Under the pieces are notes generated by a model. That model saw only the letters and a program-made list of their open reading frames with translations. It was not told where the DNA came from and did no database searches. Below, piece by piece: positions 9,248 through 17,616 of a DNA stretch of 64,000 nt; within the stretch, counting starts at the first letter, position 1; each line of letters begins with the position of its first letter. The position numbers were made by a program, and so were the translations under genes. Origin of the DNA: Planctomycetota bacterium (lineage in GTDB: Bacteria; Planctomycetota; MHYJ01; WSZJ01); NCBI GenBank assembly GCA_038060895.1, contig JBBTCT010000001.1, positions 64,001-128,000 on the forward strand. The letters run 5' to 3'.

Positions 9248-10756
9248 TTGAATTCAGAAACCGCTTACCTGTTCCGTCACGCCATCGTGCGCGACGCCGC
9301 CTATCAACTTCAGCTCCCGGGCGTCCGCGCGCGGCTGCATGGGCTCGCGTTCGCGGCAATCGAAGAGCTGGCCGGCGGCCGGCGCCCGGCGCCGGCTCCC
9401 GTCGGCTCGGGGGAGGGTGGCCGGCTGGCGCCGCACCCGAGTGACGCCTTCGCCGAAGAACTCGCGGAGCACGCCGCAAACGCCGGGGGTGAGGGCATGC
9501 TCGCGGCGCAGCGGCAGTACCTGCGCCGCGCCGCGGAGGCCGCCGACCGAAGGTCGCGCAACGACGCCGCCGAACGACTCTGGCGCCGGCTTGCAGAGCT
9601 GTCAACGGGGACGGAAAAGGGCGCCTCGCTCTGCCGCGGCGCCGCGGCCGCGCGGGTCGCCGGCCGGACGCGAATCGCGGAGCCGATGATCCTGGAGGCG
9701 CTCGCCCTCGCGCGGGCAACGCGTGACCACGCGCTGGAGGCCGTCGCGCGCTCCAGCCTCGGAAACCTCTTCGCGGAAACGGGCCGGACGCGCGAAGCGA
9801 TCCACGCCGCCCGCCGGGCGCTGGTCATGCAGCGGAAGTCCGCCGACCTGCTGGCGGCGGGCGCCACCCTGGGCAACCTCGCGACGCTTTTCCAGGGCGT
9901 GGGCCGCGTGCGCGACGCGGAGCGGCTGTTCGAGGAATCGCTCGAGCTCCTGAAGAGCGACCCGGAGCGGCGGGCCTTCCCGCTTCTGAACCTGGCCGGC
10001 CTCTACAAGCAGACGGGGCGGCTGCGCGAAGCGGAGTCCCTCCTGGACGAGGCGCTGGCGCTTCATCGCCGGCACGGAAACCGCCGCCGCGAAGGAATCG
10101 TGCTGGCGAGCCTCGCGAACCTCTACGGGGAAACCGGCCGGCCCGAGCTGGCCGAGCGCGTGTACCGGGAATCGCTGTCGATCCATCGCGAAACCGGCAG
10201 CCGCCGCTCCGAGGGCGTCGCGCTCGCAAACCTCGCGGGCCACCTGCGGGAAACCCGCCGCTACGCCGAGGCGGAACCCGCCTACGAGCAGGGGCTCGCC
10301 ATCCTCCGCGAAGTCGGCGACCGCCGGCAGGAAGGCATGGTCCTCGCCAATTTCGCCAACCTCCTCCAGGAGTCCCTGCGCTTACCGGAGGCCCGCGCCG
10401 CCTACGAAAAAGCGCTCGCGATTCACCGGGAGCTCGGCAACCGCCCCTTCGAGGGCATCACGCTCGGCAACATGGCCGGGTTGCTTCACGACACGGGCCG
10501 GGACGTTGAGGCCGAGGAGGCCTACCTCCAGGCGATCTCGATTCATCGCGATGTCGGGAGCCGGAGATTCGAAGGGGTGCACCTCGTGGAGTACGGCGTG
10601 TTCCTGCTGAAGCGCGGGCGGGTGCCCGAGGCGAGGGCGAACTGGATCGAGGGATCGGCCATCTTGAAGTCGATCGGGGACACCACGACGCTGGAGGAAG
10701 AAACCGGCGCGATGAGAGAGGAATGTGCCAGGGCCGGGATTTCCGCGTTTGAGTAG
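9248..10756 (+). CDS. TPR protein, paralog 3 (TTG start)
   Basis: Starts MNSETAYLFRHAIVRDAAYQLQLPGVRARLH; in-frame TGA upstream at 9209 limits the start; repeats such as ALAIHRELGNRPFEGITLGNMA. Confidence 0.85.
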   Translation: MNSETAYLFRHAIVRDAAYQLQLPGVRARLHGLAFAAIEELAGGRRPAPAPVGSGEGGRLAPHPSDAFAEELAEHAANAGGEGMLAAQRQYLRRAAEAADRRSRNDAAERLWRRLAELSTGTEKGASLCRGAAAARVAGRTRIAEPMILEALALARATRDHALEAVARSSLGNLFAETGRTREAIHAARRALVMQRKSADLLAAGATLGNLATLFQGVGRVRDAERLFEESLELLKSDPERRAFPLLNLAGLYKQTGRLREAESLLDEALALHRRHGNRRREGIVLASLANLYGETGRPELAERVYRESLSIHRETGSRRSEGVALANLAGHLRETRRYAEAEPAYEQGLAILREVGDRRQEGMVLANFANLLQESLRLPEARAAYEKALAIHRELGNRPFEGITLGNMAGLLHDTGRDVEAEEAYLQAISIHRDVGSRRFEGVHLVEYGVFLLKRGRVPEARANWIEGSAILKSIGDTTTLEEETGAMREECARAGISAFE

Positions 10757-10819
10757 GAACGGCCAGCACGGAGAAGAATGAGTACGATGTCGGCATGCGC
10801 GAGTCCGGGGAAGTAGAGA

Positions 10820-11206
10820 CTACCGGGCCGGGGCCAGCATCCGGGCTTCGCGGGAGAGCAACCACTTCCCTTCCGAGTCTTTTCTGAAGAGCCAAAGCGT
10901 GTGTCCCTCCACGCGGACTTCCGGCGCGCCGTCGGCGGCCGGGATGGTCAGCGCGACCTCTCCCCACGCGTGGCCGGCGCCGCCGTAGGCGGCGACCGCC
11001 TGGAGTTCGCAGCGGAACAGGACGCCGCCGGGACGCGGTTCGCGCGTCGCCGCCCAGGCTTCGCGTCCCTCGGCCGGAGACCGGCCGGGAGCGAGAAAGA
11101 CGGCATTCGGGGCGACGAGCGCGAAGAGCTTCTCCGCATCGTCCGCTTCCATGGCGCGAATCCAGGCATCGACGGCCTCACGGAGGCCCTTCTCGTCGGG
11201 CATCAT
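10820..11206 (-). CDS. NTF2-like (SgcJ/EcaC, DUF4440) protein
   Basis: DEKGLREAVDAWIRAMEADDAEKLFALVAPNAVFL...GHTLWLFRKDSEGKWLLSREA; GGAGG RBS. Confidence 0.8.
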   Translation of the reverse strand: MMPDEKGLREAVDAWIRAMEADDAEKLFALVAPNAVFLAPGRSPAEGREAWAATREPRPGGVLFRCELQAVAAYGGAGHAWGEVALTIPAADGAPEVRVEGHTLWLFRKDSEGKWLLSREARMLAPAR

Positions 11207-11207
11207 G

Positions 11208-11603
11208 TCAGACCTCCATCGCCATCATGTTCGCGGCGAGCGCGATACGCCAGCCGCCGCCGCGGAGACGGCGCAGGACGTTGAGCGAGTCGCCGTACGC
11301 CCGGAACGGCGCCGCACCCGGCTCGCGGACGACCTCGGAGCGCTCGCGCGTCCAGACGTGCGCCCAGTCGCCAAAGACCGAAATGTCGCGGATGTCGAAG
11401 GTGGCCTTGAAGCTGCGGCCCGGTTTCACTGCGCCGAGCACGAACGCGGCGTACTCCTTGCGGCTCCGGAACGCCGGGAGCCCCGCGATGAGAAGGACCC
11501 CGTCCTCCGCGATCAGCGCAAACACCGCGTCATAGTCAGACGCCTCCGCCGCGCGGGCCCAGGAGGCGATCACTTCACGGACGGCAGTCTCGTCGGCGGT
11601 CAT
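11208..11603 (-). CDS. NTF2-like (SgcJ/EcaC, DUF4440) protein
   Basis: MTADETAVREVIASWARAAEASDYDAVFALIAEDGVLL...GDSLNVLRRLRGGGWRIALAAN; tandem paralog of 10820-11206. Confidence 0.8.
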   Translation of the reverse strand: MTADETAVREVIASWARAAEASDYDAVFALIAEDGVLLIAGLPAFRSRKEYAAFVLGAVKPGRSFKATFDIRDISVFGDWAHVWTRERSEVVREPGAAPFRAYGDSLNVLRRLRGGGWRIALAANMMAMEV

Positions 11604-11687
11604 GCCGGGGATTCTATCCTCCGGCGCAGCGCCGGAAGGACTGAAAGGGCTTCGGCAGAAACGACCGCCGGGCGACAATCCCCCCTT

Positions 11688-12812
11688 ATGACCTCGACGC
11701 GCCTCGTCGCCGCTGCAGCCGCTGGAGCACTTGCCGGCGCCGTCCTCACTTCCCTCGTTCTCCGGTACCGGCAGGACATGCGCTCGCGCGACGAAGCGGA
11801 GCAGCATAAAGCCCAGGCTGCGGACGTCGCGGCAGCCGAGGAGGCAAAGCGTGCGGCGCTCAAGGCGGAACTGGCGAAGAAGGCCGAGGAGCTCGACGAC
11901 GCGATGCACGCCATAGGGTCGCTTCAGGCCCGCGAGCGCAAGCTCCACGAGCAGCTCGATGCGACCGGGAAAGGCGGCAACCCTGGCGGACCGCAGCCGA
12001 AGAAACCGGCGCGCAAGAGCTGGAAGGAAATCGCGGGGAATCTGGCGAAGGTGCGCGGGCTCGTGGCGGGTTTCAAGCTGCAGGACTGGCCGGAAGAAGC
12101 GTGGCCCCTGTCCGCGGAGCTGCGCGAAGCGCTGATGGCGCTCGCGACGGAGCTGGGGCTTTCGATGGACGAGGTGCTGGCCTCGCCGGACGGAATCCAG
12201 GCGCTGTTCCTTGAGTTGCTGGCGCAATGCGAGCCGCCGCCGGACGCCATGCAGATGGCGGCGTTGCGGGACGCGCTGAAAGGATCCGAGGCAGACTGGG
12301 CGAAGTATCTCGCGGAGCGTGGGACGATGTCCGCCCTGGAACAGCGTGCTGCGCTCGTGGCGATGTCCGACGGCGAACTCGCGGCGCTGAGGGCGGGCCT
12401 CACTCCCGGGCAGGTCCAATGGATGGACGCCTTTCAGGTCTTCGACGACGTCGGCAAGGGCGGCCCACAGTCGTGGTTCGACGGCAACCGCGCAACCGTC
12501 GCGGACCGCCTGGCCACCAACTGGTCCCAGACGCTCAAGCTCGACGACGCCCAGAAGGCCGCGATCGCGCCGATCGTCGCCGAGTTCGTGGAAAAGTCCG
12601 CGATGAACAGCTACGAAATCTGGAAGCGGGAAAACGCGGGAGAAATCCTGTCCGGCCAGGACCGCTTCAAGGCCCAGCTCGCCCTCATGCTGGAGACGCA
12701 GAAGAAAATCGCGGCCGCCGGGCAACTCTCGGCGGACCAGGTGAAAGCAATGAAAGGCTGGGCGACCGTGTACGGCTGCAACGTCGCCGATTGGGAGCCG
12801 CCGAACAAATGA
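11688..12812 (+). CDS. Hypothetical membrane-anchored coiled-coil/helical protein
   Basis: ATG at 11688; N-terminal hydrophobic anchor, Ala/Glu/Lys coiled coil and helical C-terminus; typical GC3 codon bias. Confidence 0.7.
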   Translation: MTSTRLVAAAAAGALAGAVLTSLVLRYRQDMRSRDEAEQHKAQAADVAAAEEAKRAALKAELAKKAEELDDAMHAIGSLQARERKLHEQLDATGKGGNPGGPQPKKPARKSWKEIAGNLAKVRGLVAGFKLQDWPEEAWPLSAELREALMALATELGLSMDEVLASPDGIQALFLELLAQCEPPPDAMQMAALRDALKGSEADWAKYLAERGTMSALEQRAALVAMSDGELAALRAGLTPGQVQWMDAFQVFDDVGKGGPQSWFDGNRATVADRLATNWSQTLKLDDAQKAAIAPIVAEFVEKSAMNSYEIWKRENAGEILSGQDRFKAQLALMLETQKKIAAAGQLSADQVKAMKGWATVYGCNVADWEPPNK

Positions 12813-12872
12813 GGCTGCGTGACTTGTGAGGAAGAGGTTTGGAACCTCACGCGTTGTTCGTGTGAGGTCGTT

Positions 12873-12917
12873 AGCCTTCGCCAGCCTTCGCCAGCCTTCG
12901 CCAGCCTTCGCCAGCCT
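12873..12917. repeat. Tandem 10-bp repeat (AGCCTTCGCC) x4.5
   Basis: Read directly from the sequence; intergenic and adjacent to REP-like copy 2. Confidence 0.9.
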
Positions 12918-12919
12918 GA

Positions 12920-12944
12920 CCTGAGCGAGCGAAGCGAGTCGAAG
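12920..12944. repeat. REP-like hairpin, copy 2
   Basis: CCTGAGCGAGC-GAA-GCGAGTCGAAG. Confidence 0.75.
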
Positions 12945-13027
12945 TGCCTCCCCTCCCCACGCCGCATGCCTTTCACCAATCCTCCCCGACCTATAGAATC
13001 CCCGCCGGGATCACTTCGAGGGAATTC

Positions 13028-13963
13028 ATGTTCGATCGCGACACCGGCACGCGCGTCGGCCGCCGCCTTTACCTCGGCTGGGACGTCGGCGGATGGCTCG
13101 GCAAGACGGACGGACTCGCCGCCTACGTCTTCGGGCACAGCGGGGCGCTTCTCCGCGCCATCCCCGGAAGAACCGTTTCGCTCTGGAAGGAATTCGACGG
13201 GCGCAAATGGACGCTCGAGAAGTTTATCCGGCTCCTCGATCCGCAACTCAACCTGGACCGTTTCGACCGCGTCGTCCTCGCCATCAACGCACCCCTCGGC
13301 ATGCCTCAACGATTCCTCCGCGCCGTCACCTCAGAGATTTCGAAAGTGCCCGAGCCCGAGTACAACGTCGAGAAACTCGCCGAATCGCGGCTGGCCTTCC
13401 GCGTGACCGACAGGCTGGTCGCGAAGCGGTTCGACGTAAAAGTACTGTCGCCGAGCCTGGACCGCGCGACGAACAACGGCTCAAAGGCCCGGTCGGCTTG
13501 CGCAGAGTTCATCCGCGAGCTGCCAAAGATGGCCGTGCCGCCGTTCCGCAAGGACGAGCCGGGCGTAACGCGCTTCGTGGCCATCGAAGTGCTGCCGGAC
13601 GTCTGGTGGTCGGAAAAATGGATCAACTTCACGAGCGCGTGCATCCCGGAAAGCGAGCGGCGAGGGGAAGCGCGCGACTCGGCGACGTGCGCCCTGAACG
13701 CGCTCTGGTACGACATCGCCGTCTCCGGGATTCCCACCAGGAGGTTTCCTCTCCTGCCGCCCGTCGACCCTGTGGCGACTCCCGCCCCCGAGGTCGTGGC
13801 AAAGGTCCTGCGACCGGAGAATCTCGGGGAGTACGAGCCGGAGGAAACGCCGGGTGATCGCGACGCGATCCTGCAGGAAGGCTGGATCTATGCGCCGGAC
13901 CTCGAGCGGGTCGCGACGCCCCTTCCCGGAAACGCCACGGATGGCGCGATCGTGACGCCGTAG
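13028..13963 (+). CDS. DUF429-like predicted nuclease (RNase H-like fold)
   Basis: Motifs YLGWDVGGW, VVLAINAPLG, FRVTDR, LSPSLDRATNN, IEVLP, DSATCAL; ATG at 13028 after GAGGGA. Confidence 0.6.
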   Translation: MFDRDTGTRVGRRLYLGWDVGGWLGKTDGLAAYVFGHSGALLRAIPGRTVSLWKEFDGRKWTLEKFIRLLDPQLNLDRFDRVVLAINAPLGMPQRFLRAVTSEISKVPEPEYNVEKLAESRLAFRVTDRLVAKRFDVKVLSPSLDRATNNGSKARSACAEFIRELPKMAVPPFRKDEPGVTRFVAIEVLPDVWWSEKWINFTSACIPESERRGEARDSATCALNALWYDIAVSGIPTRRFPLLPPVDPVATPAPEVVAKVLRPENLGEYEPEETPGDRDAILQEGWIYAPDLERVATPLPGNATDGAIVTP

Positions 13964-14059
13964 CACTTCAAGGGCCCCCGAATTCTGCCGTCAAGCTTGG
14001 CTCGAGGTCCCTTCCCTGCTACATTTCCCCCCACGACCGCCCCTCAAGAAGGAGATCCC

Positions 14060-15352
14060 ATGCGCCGCTTCGCCGTGATCGCTTCCGCCGCCCTTTTCGC
14101 CGGCCTCATGCTCGCGCCCTCCACGGCGCTTGCGCAGGGCATGCCTGCCGAACTTCCCGAGAAGATCAACAAGGCGATCGACAACGGCGTCGTCTGGTTG
14201 AAGGCGCGCCAGAAGAAGGACGGGGTGGAGAGGAATTCGTGGGGGACGGGGAACAACCCGCTCTATCCCGGCATGGCGGGAAAGGGGCACCCGATCTACA
14301 TCGGGACCACGGCGTTCGCGCTTTACACGCTTCTTGAGTGCGACGTCGATCCCGAGGATCCGGTGATCGTCAACGGCCTGGACTTCATCACGAAGAACCT
14401 CGACAAGAGCTTCAGCGTGGCCGGCGCCAAGGCCGGCGGCGCCGGGAACATGCAGTGCACGTGCTACGAGTGTGGCGTGCTGCTAATGATGGTCGAGTCG
14501 TATTACGACGCGAAGTGGGAGAAAACGATCCGGGCGCAGAAGAAGGATCCCAAGAAGGAAAAGAGGCCGCCGGTGAAGCTGGACGGCGAGCACGAGACGT
14601 GGTGCAAGGGCGCGGTGTCGTTCCTGGCGGGGACGCAGTCACGCCCCGGCGGATGGCGTTACGGACCGCCGGCATTTCCATCTCCGGTCGGGATCGACCA
14701 GGACACGTCTTCAACGCAGATCGCTCTCCTCGGCCTCGTCTCGGCCGTGCGCATGGGGCTCACCGTTGACTCGAAGATTTTCCACACCGCGGTGATCACC
14801 ACGCTCGAGAACCAGGCGAAGACCGGGCCGCCCGCGAAGGCGAAACCCGCGGGAGTCGGCGGGACGATGGTGCTCGAAACCGACATGTGCCGGGGCTGGG
14901 CCTATACGCCGAACGCCGGGGACTCGAAGGACCAGGTTTGCTCGGGCGGCATGACGGCCTCGGGCGTGTGCAGCCTGATCATCATCAAGAGCCAGATGAA
15001 GGGACACGCACTCTTCAATAAGGACCTGGCAGCGCGGGTCGAGAAAGGCATCTTTGACGGTCTCGCTTGGATCGACGCGAACTGGACGGTGAGTTCGAAC
15101 CCGGGCGGTCACCGGAGCCACTACTACTACCTGTACGGTCTCGAACGCGTCGGGATTCTTGGCGGCATCGAGACTATCGGCGGCAACGCCTGGTACGTGC
15201 AGGGCGCCCAGTACCTGGTGGACAAGCAGATCCAGGACGGGCACTGGGACAGCGGGACGGAGCTGGAGCCGAGGGACGTGTTCGATTCGTGCTTCGCGCT
15301 GCTGTTCCTGAAAAAGGCGACGATGCCTGTCGGGGTGACGCTGACAAGGTAG
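14060..15352 (+). CDS. Secreted prenyltransferase/squalene-cyclase repeat (alpha/alpha toroid) protein
   Basis: AAGGAG RBS; signal peptide; motifs AIDNGVVWLKARQ, QSRPGGWRY, GWAY, YYYLYGLERVG, LVDKQIQDGHW, SCFALLFL. Confidence 0.8.
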   Translation: MRRFAVIASAALFAGLMLAPSTALAQGMPAELPEKINKAIDNGVVWLKARQKKDGVERNSWGTGNNPLYPGMAGKGHPIYIGTTAFALYTLLECDVDPEDPVIVNGLDFITKNLDKSFSVAGAKAGGAGNMQCTCYECGVLLMMVESYYDAKWEKTIRAQKKDPKKEKRPPVKLDGEHETWCKGAVSFLAGTQSRPGGWRYGPPAFPSPVGIDQDTSSTQIALLGLVSAVRMGLTVDSKIFHTAVITTLENQAKTGPPAKAKPAGVGGTMVLETDMCRGWAYTPNAGDSKDQVCSGGMTASGVCSLIIIKSQMKGHALFNKDLAARVEKGIFDGLAWIDANWTVSSNPGGHRSHYYYLYGLERVGILGGIETIGGNAWYVQGAQYLVDKQIQDGHWDSGTELEPRDVFDSCFALLFLKKATMPVGVTLTR

Positions 15353-15530
15353 GGAGTTGGGAGCATTGAGTGTTGAGTAGTGAGCAGCAGGGAGTGGGTA
15401 GCTGGCTTTGCGAACGCGAGTTCGGCATTCAACAGAAACGGCCCCGGGTGAACCCCGGGGCCGATTTTTTGCCATGACTACTCACTACGCACTCACCCCT
15501 GCTCCCTACTCAACACTCAAAACCCAACAC
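15353..15530. repeat. Mirror-arranged ~7-nt tandem repeats (TGAGTRN ... NYACTCA) flanking a terminator
   Basis: Left arm: ttgggagcattgagtgttgagtagtgagcagcagggagtgggtag. Right arm: ctactcactacgcactcacccctgctccctactcaacactcaaaacccaac. Confidence 0.7.
15439..15470 (+). terminator. Rho-independent terminator between convergent genes
   Basis: CGGCCCCGGG-TGAAC-CCCGGGGCCG followed by ATTTTTT. Confidence 0.75.
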
Positions 15531-15537
15531 TGGCCGA

Positions 15538-16344
15538 TTACTTGTACTTCGCTTCGTTCGCTCTCCACCACGGGTTCCACAGCGACATCTGCTGCGGTTG
15601 CGTCTTGCCACTGAGACCTTTCGGCGGATCGTCAACCAGCTTCTCAAGTGCCTGCGACATCGCGATGAACGCTTCGAACGACCCTTCCGGACGCGCCACC
15701 TGCTGCGACGGGCCCAGCCATTTGTTCAGGCCAGCCCATAGTTCCCGGATGATCTCCTTGTTTCCCTTGAAGGGCCCCGTAGCGTCCGCGGCCGCTTTCG
15801 CGACGAAAGGAGAGGTATCCGTGAGGTCTTCGACAAACGGTCCAGCCGCCGCCGGGTCCTTCACGACGCCCAGCGTGTCGTACATCGCAGTCAGGAGCTT
15901 GAGATTCGATTCCCACGCCGGAAGCTCTTTTTCCTTCTTCGGCTTCGTCGTCCCGATCAGCTTCTTGTAGTACGCCGTCTGGGATTTCAACCCCTGCACC
16001 GCCACCACCGGGTCTCCCAACGTCGAAATCTTCTCCGCCGCCAGCATCTTCACGTCCACGTCCGAGTCCGCCAGCGCCTTCGCCAGCGACATCGTGATCT
16101 TCTTCGACCGCACGTTCATGTGCTTCAACTGCGCAGCCTCAAGGCTGTGGATCGCTTCTCGCTTCCCCATCATGTCCTTCGTCTTGAACTTGATGTCGGC
16201 TTCCTTGATCGCAATGTCGTCGCCCGCCTCGTGCGAGAGGCAGACCTTGCCATCCTTGCAGTTGGCGCAGTCTTCGGCGATCGAGACGGAATCCAGCGCG
16301 ACGGTGAACGCGGCGGCCGTAAGCCATCGTGAGAACATTTTCAT
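15538..16344 (-). CDS. Secreted HEAT-repeat protein
   Basis: Signal peptide; N-terminal CxxCxxxxxCxxH; HEAT-like LAKALADSDVDVKMLAA; C-terminal WNPWW motif. Confidence 0.7.
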   Translation of the reverse strand: MKMFSRWLTAAAFTVALDSVSIAEDCANCKDGKVCLSHEAGDDIAIKEADIKFKTKDMMGKREAIHSLEAAQLKHMNVRSKKITMSLAKALADSDVDVKMLAAEKISTLGDPVVAVQGLKSQTAYYKKLIGTTKPKKEKELPAWESNLKLLTAMYDTLGVVKDPAAAGPFVEDLTDTSPFVAKAAADATGPFKGNKEIIRELWAGLNKWLGPSQQVARPEGSFEAFIAMSQALEKLVDDPPKGLSGKTQPQQMSLWNPWWRANEAKYK

Positions 16345-16508
16345 CTCCCGGCAGAGGAATGTGTGGTCGCAGGACAGAGTGCAGTTTTTGGCGGGCGGAG
16401 TCAACGACGGAGGATGCCGGATTCGTGGAAAAGAAGGCACGCCGATTGCTTTCATTGAAGACGTACACTCGAAGCGGCGTTCCGGGGCATCCCAAGGGAG
16501 AAGTGTCC

Positions 16509-17609
16509 ATGAAACCGATCACGACTGTCCTCCTTGCAGGACTTCTCGTCTCCGGGTGCGTGCACCGCAGGATCACCGTCGTCGAGTCCTCTTCCCAGCC
16601 GGAAGTCTATGACGAGGAAGAGGTTTACGTCGACGAAGAGGCCTACGTAGAGGAATACGAGCCGGTCTGGGACGGCCACACGCTCGTCGTCGTCGAATCC
16701 CATCACCACGGCAACGGTTGCGGCCACTGGTACCACCACGGTTGCTGGCACCTGTTCCCCGAACACCACGTTTATGCCGACTTTGGCTACTCCTGGTACG
16801 GCGACACCGGCGGCTTCTACTACGCCGGCGAGCCCTGCGCTCGCATCTGGGATGGCCTGGCCTTCCTCTTCCTGCGCGGCCACGTCCACGGCCACGGCTG
16901 CGGCCATCACTACCATCACGGCTGCTGGAATTCCTTCTCGAAGGATTACGTCCATGTCGAACACGGCCGCAGGCACTTCAGCTCTTCCCCGCCCCTTCTC
17001 CGTGTCACGGTCTCGCCGTCGCGAATCGAGGATGGCGGTGGCGAGCGAAAAGCTGCGAGGTCGGCCGCGGCTCCGGCTCGGGTTGAGCGAAGCTCTTCGG
17101 GTAGAAAGTCTGAAGCGCCGGTTGTCCGGCAGCAGCAGGGACAGGCCGGGCGGAGCTCGCAGCCCCAGCGGATCGAACAGCCCAAGCGTCAGGACGCGCC
17201 CCGGCGGATCGAGCAGCCCGGGCGCCAGGAAGCGCCCCGGCAGATTGAACAGCCCAGGCGTCAGGACGCGCCGAAGCGGGTCGAGCAGCCGAGGCGTCAG
17301 GACGCGCCCCAGCAGATCGAACAGCCCAGGCGTCAGGACGCGCCGAAGCGGATCGAGCAGCCGAAGCGTCAGGACGCTCCCCAGCGGATCGAGCAGCCGA
17401 AGCGTCAGGACGCCCCGAAGCGGATCGAACAGCCCAAGCGTCAGGAAGAGCCGAGGCGGATCGAGCAGCCCAAGCGTCAGGAAGCGCCGAAGCGGATCGA
17501 ACAGCCCAAACGGCAGGAAGAGCCGAAGCGGATCGAACAGCCCAAACGGCAGGAAGAGCCGAAGCGGATCGAGCAGCCGAAGCGTCAGGACCCGCCGAAG
17601 CGCCGCTAA
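16509..17609 (+). CDS. His/Cys-rich lipoprotein with 12 x 12-aa C-terminal repeat
   Basis: GGGAG RBS; lipobox LLVSG-C; two HxHGxGCGHxYHHGCW motifs; (IEQPKRQDAPKR)12-like tail. Confidence 0.75.
   Translation: MKPITTVLLAGLLVSGCVHRRITVVESSSQPEVYDEEEVYVDEEAYVEEYEPVWDGHTLVVVESHHHGNGCGHWYHHGCWHLFPEHHVYADFGYSWYGDTGGFYYAGEPCARIWDGLAFLFLRGHVHGHGCGHHYHHGCWNSFSKDYVHVEHGRRHFSSSPPLLRVTVSPSRIEDGGGERKAARSAAAPARVERSSSGRKSEAPVVRQQQGQAGRSSQPQRIEQPKRQDAPRRIEQPGRQEAPRQIEQPRRQDAPKRVEQPRRQDAPQQIEQPRRQDAPKRIEQPKRQDAPQRIEQPKRQDAPKRIEQPKRQEEPRRIEQPKRQEAPKRIEQPKRQEEPKRIEQPKRQEEPKRIEQPKRQDPPKRR
17172..17603 (+). repeat. Coding tandem repeat, 12 x 36 bp
   Basis: Contiguous units like atcgaacagcccaagcgtcaggacgcgccgaagcgg with no spacers. 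Confidence 0.9.
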
Positions 17610-17616
17610 GCCGGCG

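Noticed and set aside
5939-10756. tRNA-anchored genomic island or prophage
   Set aside because: No integrase, no duplicated tRNA 3' end (att site) seen and no obvious compositional shift; the TPR genes lie on the 5' side of the tRNA.
6090-10756. Diversity-generating retroelement behind the TPR paralogs
   Set aside because: No reverse transcriptase, and no template/variable repeat pair differing only at adenines.
17172-17603. 36-bp repeats as a CRISPR array
   Set aside because: Units are contiguous with no spacers, stay in frame and vary mostly at synonymous or conservative positions; no cas genes in the window.
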